Source of the DNA: Mytilus edulis
Taxonomy: Eukaryota
Assembly (NCBI RefSeq): GCF_963676685.1
Contig: NC_092348.1
Location: 13,268,001 to 13,332,000 of the forward strand
DNA length: 64,000 nt
Direction: 5' to 3'
Below the pieces are notes generated by a model that saw only the letters and a list, made by a program, of their open reading frames with translations, searched no databases and was not told the origin of the DNA. Both the position numbers and the translations under genes were made by a program. Below are positions 10,960 through 20,210 of the stretch, one piece after another (position 1 is the first letter of the stretch; the number at the start of each line of letters is the position of its first letter).

Positions 10960-11017
10960 GGCCATGTGATTTAAGAGTCGAGTGTTGGCCTACCGGCTCG
11001 ACCCGTTGGCATTTAAC
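10960..11017 (-). promoter_or_regulatory. Predicted -1 programmed ribosomal frameshift signal (G_UUA_AAU + H-type pseudoknot)
   Basis: Pol is in the -1 frame and overlaps the gag end. Heptamer GTTAAAT (11017-11011), 6-nt spacer, stem GGGUCGAG/CUCGACUC, loop GGCCA complementary to downstream UGGCC (10964-10960). Confidence 0.75.
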
Positions 11018-13314
11018 GACTCAGTTGTTGGATTAGAGCTAGGATAAGCTCTGTCGCCAGGTGAAGGAGACCGTTGTTTAAAGTAGCCCGGATTTCTAGA
11101 ATTTGGACGTGGTGATGGTGAACGTTGACGTTGAGGACTAAATGACCTCTGTTGAGGACTATATGACCTTTGTTGAGGACTATATGAACTTTGATTAGGA
11201 GGTGGTGTAGGTGATCGATACGCATTGTACTTAGGTGGTGTATATCTTTCAGGAGACCTACCACGTGTATGTTGATCAGAAGAAAGCATCACCTCTGTCA
11301 ATTTGGTCACAAGTTGAGTCAAGTTCCTTACTTCCTTTTCCAATGGACTATTAACAGTACTAGCACTTTCTTTGTCCTGTGATTGACCAGCGCTATCAGC
11401 AAATGAGACCTGTCTGTGAGCAAAATTTGGACTTCTAGATCCATAAATAGCCTTCTGATTTGCTATGGACGTTTTCATGATTTTCAACGCTTTATTGATG
11501 GACTCTGGGTTTCTTTCTATCACGTGACGGGCAGCCTCCTTGTCCTTGCAACCTCTGAGGAATGCCTCTGTGCCAATTTGATCAATGACAGAATTGTCAC
11601 ATTTATCATACCCATCCATTGCAATAAAATGGACCCGTTCAGCAAACTCCTCCAGTGTTTCACTGTCTTGCTGCCTCACATACTGCAACTGACGTCTTGC
11701 TGATACAGGTTCGTCCTTTTTGCTGAAACGCTGTTTCAGTGCTTTCCTTAAAGCCTTATAGTCATCATCGATGTTGACCTTTCTTGCATATTCTAAAGCC
11801 ACATCAGCTAGACAGTCCAATAGTCGGCAAACTTTCTTCCTATTTTCCCATTGTCTCCTTCCTGCTGTTCTTTCAAACTGATAGATAAAGGCTTCCCACG
11901 TAAGAAAACCTCTTCCTGTGAAAACTTGCATTTTAGGAAGCTGGGGACTTCTACTCCTGTCTCTCGCCCCAGAGTTTTCCTGCCATCTAGAGTACTCCCT
12001 ATCAAGAGAGGAGTCTGACGAAGAGCTGTGACTTCTTTCCTTTTGCTTTTTAGTGCGTGATCTTGATGACCTGCTAGTGTCAATTTGCATTGGTGACGGG
12101 CCTGTCGATGCGACTGTTGTCATCACAGGGGTCATAAATGCAGGCGGAGGTTGTTGTATCATTGATCCTATATGAGGGTACAGAGCTGGTCTACTCTGTA
12201 CTAAGGATGCTGCATATGATTCGCTACTTGTAGCTGGTGCAACGTGTAAAGGTGTACTAACATTGATACCCTGAGATACATATGGCGTACCAACATAGGA
12301 CGGTGCAAAAGTAGCCGTTGCTGGAGTTGTGTAATGTTGGGGTTTATATTCAGTGGATGCTCCTTCTATGCCTTTGAATGGATGTTGTGTTACCATACCT
12401 GAGGTTGTCCCGTGCAGAGCCGAGGGCCCTGGCACGCTTCCCTTGTCACTCAGTAGTGGCAACGAACCTTGCATATGATAAATCTCCTGCTCACTACCAA
12501 ATATTTCTGGCATACCTTTGCCCTGAGACTGTTGAAACAACACTGTGTTGTGCAGAGCCGAGGGCCCTAACACATTACCTTTGGCACTCGATACTGGAGT
12601 TGTACCTGCCTTAGATTCAGGCTGTGTAGTGTGATCAAATGACATAATTGGTGAGAGACCAAATGCTGGAGGCTTATTTTGCAGTAATGGAGTACTGGCA
12701 ATATACGGAATAGCTTCAGATTTCTGTTTAACAGGAGTATCCATAGAAGGGAGTTTGACTTCCTTATTTCTCTTGTCAATCAAAGTGCTAACACTTGATG
12801 CCATCTGCTGAAATGAACCTGGGTGTTCAAATGCGCTCTTAAATTGAACAGTACTTGCCTCATCATTAGCAGCAGCCATCTTGTCTAGCCGTCTTCCCAA
12901 GGCATTAAACTTATCCGATGTTAACTCTTCTAAACGTTTACCGTTAGCATCAATCTTCTCGTCAATTCTCTGTTCTGACCGTTGCACTTGTTGGGATATT
13001 GCCACTATGTTTTCTGAACTGATTTTTGTTGCTTCTTTTTGTTCGGCTTGAATATTTAACAAACCGTGAAAAATCTGTTCAATGCGATCCTCACTTTGTT
13101 TCACTCTGTTTTCAGTCTCAACAGCTCTTATTGCATTTGCTTTTCTATCCGCCTGAAACTCTTGGTATAGCTGTTCCAATGACATTTTGGTATTTTCAGC
13201 TTGTTCTGTTAAAGTATTATCAGCTATATGTTCTTTTGTGAATATGTCATCATGTATCAACTCCTCTGTTTCAATGTTTTCCTTCAGTTCATTATCATCC
13301 CCAATTCCTGACAT
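10990..13314 (-). CDS. gag: Gag-like protein (774 aa)
   Basis: First ORF after the PBS and 5' UTR. Coiled-coil N-terminus, P/S/T-rich linker, capsid-like region (WEAFIYQFERTA..W; RQQDSETLEEFAERV) and an RS/SP-rich C-terminus without a CCHC knuckle. Confidence 0.9.
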   Translation of the reverse strand: MSGIGDDNELKENIETEELIHDDIFTKEHIADNTLTEQAENTKMSLEQLYQEFQADRKANAIRAVETENRVKQSEDRIEQIFHGLLNIQAEQKEATKISSENIVAISQQVQRSEQRIDEKIDANGKRLEELTSDKFNALGRRLDKMAAANDEASTVQFKSAFEHPGSFQQMASSVSTLIDKRNKEVKLPSMDTPVKQKSEAIPYIASTPLLQNKPPAFGLSPIMSFDHTTQPESKAGTTPVSSAKGNVLGPSALHNTVLFQQSQGKGMPEIFGSEQEIYHMQGSLPLLSDKGSVPGPSALHGTTSGMVTQHPFKGIEGASTEYKPQHYTTPATATFAPSYVGTPYVSQGINVSTPLHVAPATSSESYAASLVQSRPALYPHIGSMIQQPPPAFMTPVMTTVASTGPSPMQIDTSRSSRSRTKKQKERSHSSSSDSSLDREYSRWQENSGARDRSRSPQLPKMQVFTGRGFLTWEAFIYQFERTAGRRQWENRKKVCRLLDCLADVALEYARKVNIDDDYKALRKALKQRFSKKDEPVSARRQLQYVRQQDSETLEEFAERVHFIAMDGYDKCDNSVIDQIGTEAFLRGCKDKEAARHVIERNPESINKALKIMKTSIANQKAIYGSRSPNFAHRQVSFADSAGQSQDKESASTVNSPLEKEVRNLTQLVTKLTEVMLSSDQHTRGRSPERYTPPKYNAYRSPTPPPNQSSYSPQQRSYSPQQRSFSPQRQRSPSPRPNSRNPGYFKQRSPSPGDRAYPSSNPTTESLNANGSSR

Positions 13315-13984
13315 GTTGTCTTTATTTCAAATTACAATATTCTTAAATATTTCAAATTACAATATTATGCAACTCAAAACAATATGACAATATGCACTGA
13401 GTAATTACTCAAGGCAAATAAATCTCAAAATCACAACTTTTATGTGTGACTCAAGACATAAACAATGCAGCTTTTTTATAAAAGCTACTACTTTTACAAT
13501 TTCAAAAATGCAGGCAACAAAATAGGGCAGAACTGGAACAGAGACTCAGCTGACACACTGTACTTTATTATACGGTGTATAATATGTTGCTCATAAATAT
13601 TTATGAGTGTATATACCTTCTTTAATATAAAATATCAGTCCAAGTTCAGTATAAAATATTATACGAAACCAATCTACTGAAATGAAGACTGTTTCCGGTT
13701 TGCGTCTGCGCAATGGAGTTTTGCAGACAAATGACTTCCGTGAAGAAGGACCTAATGGCGATAACCGGAAGTTCCTAACCTTATCTGATGAAAAATATCA
13801 AATATAAAGATATCATACGTGCTAAACTGTAAAAATTTGATGCAATTAATCTACAATCAATCTGATGTAAATTTAGGGTAAGGCGCACGTAATGAATTTA
13901 CAAAAAAAATGAAGTATGGAAAGTTTTCAAATCTGCAAAGGCGCCCTCGTGGAGTCCGCCTCACTTGCTAAAAATTATTCGTTC

Positions 13985-14001
13985 TTTGTCGTACGACGCC
14001 A
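13985..14001 (-). other. Primer-binding site (PBS)
   Basis: Minus strand reads TGGCGTCGTACGACAAA starting 1 nt after the 5' LTR CA end. TGG is complementary to the tRNA CCA end. The cognate tRNA was not identified. Confidence 0.85.
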
Positions 14002-14002
14002 A

Positions 14003-14239
14003 TGTTGTGCCGATATGGTACAAATAAGTAAAGTGTGTATGTAATAAACAGAATACCTTTAATATCTGTAAATATCTGTATATCTGATGAATCAGTAGAC
14101 AGCAATATAATAATACATGTGGTTAATACAGTAAACGGAAGTCGAAGAGAATCCTCGTGACGTCAGTCGTCCAGAGGTATTGCTTGGCATACTGTAAGAT
14201 ATGGACTGGTTCTTCTGTGTATACATAAGCGGCACCACA
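14003..14239 (-). repeat. 5' LTR (237 bp)
   Basis: Identical to 4204-4440, followed on the minus strand by the PBS. Confidence 0.97.
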
Positions 14240-17200
14240 ATAATATAGCGGCATCGTTAACATAATCATCCTGATCTGCGGATCACAAAAGGCCATCCCT
14301 ATATAGAATACAACGTCCGTTACAAATTAGTTTGTACACACGTTGATAATTTTGTATCAAACGAACTTTTTTGAAAATGAACCCTGCTCTTTAAGTATAA
14401 AGGTACAGAGAAGCGTTCACATGCTGAACATCGATTTCAAACAAATGCTTTGAAACTTCAAATGCAAGTGTTCATGTCAAACGCTCAGGTGATACCAAAC
14501 GGACTGGACCTTATACGTTGAAGATAAAACCCGAGAATTCCAGATAAAATAGTTTTGAGCGGGAAATACAAATATAAGATTTTTGGTAGGAACGAAAAAA
14601 TAAAATAAAATAAAATCTTGCTGGTAAATACAAATAAAAGATTTTCAGGCGCAACGAATTTATAGGGTCGGTCGGTAAAGGGCAAACAATCAATATTTTA
14701 ATTTAAGCCTCATTGCCGTTTTCGCAGTATTATAAAAAACATTGCAAAAATGTCCTCACTTTACTACTATTATCAGTCTTCTGCTGTGAGGAAAGTAAGA
14801 GTGATAATTATATCTCTCCTGCTTTAAGGTCACAATTTAGTGATAGACACCTCAGAGAATTAACAGTTTGTCCAGTAGGTAACACACATTTTTACATTTT
14901 AATTCTGCACTGAACTTCGGTACTCAAGTATTCAATACCTTAATTAAAAGGAAATACAGAGTGTTGTTCAAATAGTCTTTTGAACACTTTACAACTGGAC
15001 TGTTTTTTCCAAAAGGGCTGTGGTTTTGTCTCGCCCTTATCTGATTGAGAAAATTTGAGGGACTAATTGTTAAGAGAGAGTTATATCTCTTGCATATAAA
15101 AACACCCAAGGTTGTTGATTTTGAAAAGAGCAGGCTAATGCCACTACAAGGCAGCACTTGCACCAGCAAAGTTAAAAAGGGATTGATATAAGTTGTAATG
15201 ACTTGTTTGACAATCACAGGGGTTTCATTATCTTTCATGTTGACTGGTACTTTCCACGTTTCTAGGTGGTACTTTTCAATTTATTCCATGAATATCTTAT
15301 ATAAAAATTCCTACATTTAGGCAGTACTTGTCAATAGCATAGGAGGGTAAAAGTACCGGGTACCGCCTCCTAATGAATGGCCTGCAATCAACCATTAATG
15401 AATATGTTTCAATTACATCTAATGTTTTGACAGCAATGTGATCTGATTTGTAGTGAATGCTATACAAGATCTTGTTTCCACCACTAATATATAAAAATTG
15501 GTGTTTAACTACCAATCAATGACTGCTATTATCAAGCTTTCATGTCACAAATATACTGTGAATTCATTTATAAGTTGTTGGGTACTAAATATTGATGAAT
15601 TTGAAGATAAAAATAGACCATGTATACTAGTATACATCTTTAGGCTTGATGCAAAAATTATAGAAAAAATACAATATCAACAAGCATACAGTGTTTTCCT
15701 CAATCCAAGAACCTTAATTGCTACATATGAAAAGAAATGAATCTATTTGAAAATTTTAGGAGCTTTATTTATTGTTCTGTTAAATTCAGCAACATTTTGA
15801 ATTCACATTTATCACCAATAATAAGGAAGTAAAATCCATGTATTTATCTTATCTATGATTATTTTAAGACCAATTTCCTTTTGATTGATTTTTGCATCTG
15901 TTCGGCTGAAGTGGACCATATAAATAATTTCACAAATGTCACGTTACACCACTGTTCAAACACGGAGGCAGGTGATTTTGTTAATTTCACAAAAAACTAA
16001 ATTAATTATGCCGAAGGAAATTGGTTCGAGCAGGTGCTTGTTGATATCATAGCCTTAATATATCGTGTCTCTAGAGTTACTGCCAGACTTGTAAGCATCA
16101 GTAATACCTATAATAGTACAAAAACGTATTCTAAGTTGGTTTACTTGAAATTGTAAAAAAAAATATTGATTTATTTATAGATAAAATGTTAATTGAAAAT
16201 ACAAAAAAATAATATAAGAGGAAAAATGACTGTTTCATGTTAGTTGTTCCTGCTTGTTAGTTGTGAAAAAGGTATTGCTATTCCCAATAGGAGATCTCCT
16301 TTTAACCCTGAAACTACTCAACTTTTACCATAAAGTTTCATGGAAAATCCTTTTCAGGAAGAAAAAGGTTCTCATGCTATAATAAATTTGAAACAATTCA
16401 AAAGAAAAGTAAAATCATGATAAAATCAGGTAGAACGGGCTTGATATAATATCAAATCGATATGAAGCACAAAAACCACTAAGCAACCATAATCCCAACG
16501 TAGATGACAAAAAAGAAGCAACACAACTTTTCACACAAGTTCAAATGAAGAAAAATAAGCAATTAAAGGTCACTAAACAACCTTCAACAATGAGAAAACA
16601 TATATTGTATAGACAGCTTTTAAAGGCCTCAACATAAAAAAAAAAATGTGAAACAATCTAATTTAAAGAAGAAACTAAACTCTTATTTTTAACAATACAA
16701 TTTACAAAAAAAATGTCAGACAAGCTCCTCCTCACTTGAGGCAGTCACATCAAGAATATGGCAGACATGTTTGTGAGTGCTCAACCCTCCCCTTACCTTG
16801 GACATTGGTATAACAAAACAATATTAGAACAAACTGGAGATGGCTTGAAACAATAAGGTACAGAAACAAGATGTATTTTAACAAAGCACAAATATTAGAG
16901 TACTTGTAATTACTGACAGCTAGTTCAAAACAAATTTCAACTAACAAATAAATCATGTTCTCCCAGACTAATTTTTTTGTTATTCACTAAGGAAGAGGTT
17001 AAACTAAATAAAACAAAATTGGCTTTTTTTAGGGGGGGGGGGGGACCTACAGCAAAAGCTGGTAGCTGCATATATTTAAAATTAACATGAAATTCAGAAT
17101 TATTAAGGCTAACATATTGTGATTAGCAAATCCATATTGTAAATAATTGATTGCTGTAGATGATGATAATTAATTATTTTGGCTTTTCCTACTTCAAATA

Positions 17201-18004
17201 TTGTAATAGGAAGATTTGTTAAAGCTTACATATTTTAATTAACAAATCCATAATTCCTACGAATGTTTACTATTGATGATGGTAATTTTAGCTTTAATAA
17301 TTCCAAATATCATTAAAGACTATATTTGACAAAGTGATGATGATAATGATGATAATAATAATAATTGTGGATAGTTACATATTCCAAATGTATTAAAAAA
17401 CTTCGTTGCAAAGAATAAACAGAAGTTGACTCAATGTTTGACATTTGTCATCCTTTGGATTAAGCCATAAAACCGTTGTTTTAATACAGAGCCCACCTGA
17501 GTACAACTGTATATGCACATGTGTGAGCCTTGTGTTTCTTGTCGTTAGTGATTCCACCCAGAATTCTGTACACCTGAACCAAGCTATTCCAAATAGACAA
17601 TATATATTTTAACAATCATAAATTTGGTATGGAACACCTGAGCTTAAATTTAACATCAGCACTTTATGGTAGGAAATATATACTGTTATGAACCATTAAA
17701 TATATACGAATGCAAACATGTCAAAATATGTATTGTCAAGTTAGGTTCAGTGGGAGATATTAAAGTCGATTTGGATATAACATGGGGAATTATTGTTAAG
17801 TCTGAACTTTTATTATATTATTATATATAACTGCCATCAATTTAGTTCTATTTGGAGACTATAATTTATGTATATTCATTGAATATTCATATGTCTATGT
17901 TGATAAAAATGAAAACATCTTTAGAAATGGATGAAATAGATGAAACCATGACAGTTTATTATGAAAAGGAACAGTTACAATGTTCCAGAAAGAAAAACCC
18001 TCCA

Positions 18005-18660
18005 TAAACACCAAGACATGATGTCATGACTACCAAATTCTTTTAAAAGGTCCTTGAATACCAAGACATGATGGTTACAATTACAAACGTCTTTTAAGAA
18101 CATTAGGGCAAAGGCATGCTGTCATGGTTACCTATTTTTTTTCACAATATAAAATATAAAGACATGATGTCATGGCTACCAAATTCTAATCTTTAAAGGA
18201 CATAAAATACTAAGACATGATGTCACGGTTACCAAGTTTTTTTAAGGACATAAAATACCAAATTGAGATGTCATGGTTACCAAGTTCTTTTCAGGACATG
18301 ATATACCAAAACTTGATGTCATGGTTACCAAGTTCTTTTAAGGACAGAAAATACCAAAGCATGATGTCCTGATCACCAAGACATAATGACATGCTCACCA
18401 AATTCTTTTTTAAGACAAAAAACACCAAGGAATGATTTCATGATCTCCATATTATACTATTTTTTTTTTACAAAAAGACAAAGAAGACCAAATCATGATT
18501 TCATGTTCACCAAATTATATTTCAAAAGGACATAAAAACACTAAGACATTATCCCATGGTCTCCAAAATAAGTTAAGGACATAAAACACCTAGCCATGAT
18601 GTCAAGGTCAACAAGGTCATTAAAAGACATAAAACACAAAGTCATGATGTCATGCTCACC
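18005..18660. repeat. Degenerate ~47-bp minisatellite (left part)
   Basis: Repeated AAACACCAAGACATGATGTCATGGTTACCAAGTTCTTTTAAAGGACAT-like units. Confidence 0.85.
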
Positions 18661-18664
18661 AATA

Positions 18665-19965
18665 GATATAAAAAGCGGTAGAATGAGTGCCAATGAGACA
18701 ACTCTCCATCCAAGTCACAATTTGTAAAAGTAAACCATTATAGGTCAAAGTGTAAAGCAAAATATTGTCCTATGAAATATTGTACCACAAGACAATATTT
18801 CATAACTATGTATCATGAAATATTGTCCTTGTCTATGGAAAAATGTCCAGAGAAGGACAAATTTGCATAGTGAAATTGTGTCTGTATATAGACAATATTT
18901 CACAGATGAATACTATGGAACTTTGTCTTGTTAAAGGGAGGTTATATTTTGTGTGAATTAAGACAATATTTCATAGATAAATACTACAAAATTGTGTCCT
19001 GTTAAAAGGAGGTACACGTTATATTTTGGTTATATTTCGTGAGTATTGAGACAATATTTCATAGACAGATTGTCATGGAATTTTGTCTCATGAAGGGGAG
19101 GTTATCAACATATATTCATGTATATAGAATTTTTTTTCTGCGACATGTGCCTGTGTATATATTTACAAAATAAGCTATTGTCAGTACATTGCTTATATTT
19201 GTACAGAATAATGTAACCTATTAGACAATTCTTTAATCTATAATAAAACATTTGTAATGTTTCTATACAAATTTGAAACTCACTATTAGTAATAATATAA
19301 ATTCTCTACTATACAAAACAATTTCAGTTATAAATCTAAAAATGTTAATGCTGCATGCTTGTGTACTATTTGTAATTGGGAAATAGTTTGATAAAAAATA
19401 TTTTCAAAGCCAGTATTTCATGTAGTGAAGTATTGTCATGAACAGAATTTCATAGTAAAATATTGTCTAGAAGGAGGTGACAAATTTTAATGGACAAGGA
19501 CACTATTTCATAATGAAATATTGTCCAAGACAATATGTCATTATGAAATACTGTCAGTGGACAATATTTTATATGAAAATTTGTCCGACAGACAATATTT
19601 CATGGAGGACAATATTTTATGTTACAAAAGCACAGTCTTCAACACGGAGCCTTGGCTCACATCTAACAGCAAGCTATAAAGGGCCCAAAAATTACTAGTG
19701 TATAACCATTCAAAAGGAAAACCAACGGTAGAATATATATATAAAACAAGGAAACTCTTATGAACCACATCAACAAACAACAACTACTAAACATCAGATT
19801 CCTCAGATTCCAACCAAATGCAGGGGGTTTAAACATTTTAATAGGTACCAACCTTCACCCTTATCTGAAACAATAGTGTAACATCACAACATGGAAAGAC
19901 ACTGTAAAATATGAATTGAAATGGCTTAACTCAATCGAAAGACATATTAACACAAGTGAACATGC
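18665..19965. mobile_element. Dispersed SINE-like repeat interrupted by a MITE
   Basis: GCCAATGAGACAACTCTCC...TATAGGTC|...CTTCAACA...GCTATAAAGGGCCC. Related segments occur at about 16565-16630 (same strand) and about 61210-61330 (opposite strand). Confidence 0.55.
18751..19626. mobile_element. Ginger-like non-autonomous TIR element (876 bp)
   Basis: TGT...ACA termini, ~35-bp imperfect TIRs (TGTAAAGCAAAATATTGTCCT / AGGACAATATTTTATGTTACA), 4-bp TSD AAAG (18747-18750 and 19627-19630) and many subterminal GACAATATTTCAT / ATGAAATATTGTC motifs. Confidence 0.7.
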
Positions 19966-19969
19966 AAGT

Positions 19970-20210
19970 GCATCAAGTTCATCAAAGGACATAAAACACC
20001 AAGACATGATGTCATGGTTACCAAGTTTTTTAAAGGTCATTAAAAACCAAGACATAATGTCATGGTCACCAAGTTCATTAAAGGTCATAAAACACCAAAT
20101 AATGATGTTGAGGTTACGTTATTCATTAAACGGCAAGAGATGATGTTTTGATCACATTAAAGACTCAGAAACTCCAAGATATGATGTCATTTTTCACCAA
20201 TTTCATGAAA
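19970..20210. repeat. Degenerate ~47-bp minisatellite (right part, continuation of 18005-18660)
   Basis: Same CCAAGACATGATGTCATGGTTACCAAG unit. Confidence 0.8.

Larger units (their letters stand above)
4204..14239 (-). mobile_element. Full-length Ty3/Gypsy LTR retrotransposon (gag-pol-ORF3 TatD), 10,036 bp
   Basis: Two identical LTRs, TSD ATAA (4200-4203 and 14240-14243), PBS, PPT and three uninterrupted ORFs. Pol order PR-RT-RH-IN defines Ty3/Gypsy. Confidence 0.97.
3514..14709. mobile_element. PIF/Harbinger-type non-autonomous DNA transposon (~1.16 kb), split by the LTR retrotransposon
   Basis: 40-bp TIRs with 3 mismatches (GGCCTAAATTAAAATATTGTTTGTTTGCCCTTTTCCGACC at 3514; reverse complement ending at 14709), flanked by a 3-bp TCA duplication (3511-3513 and 14710-14712). 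GG-start TIRs with a TNA TSD fit PIF/Harbinger. Confidence 0.75.

Noticed and set aside
5049-13387. Many short ORFs overlapping gag, pol and ORF3
   Set aside because: These are antisense or alternate-frame shadows of long coding sequences, with no motifs.
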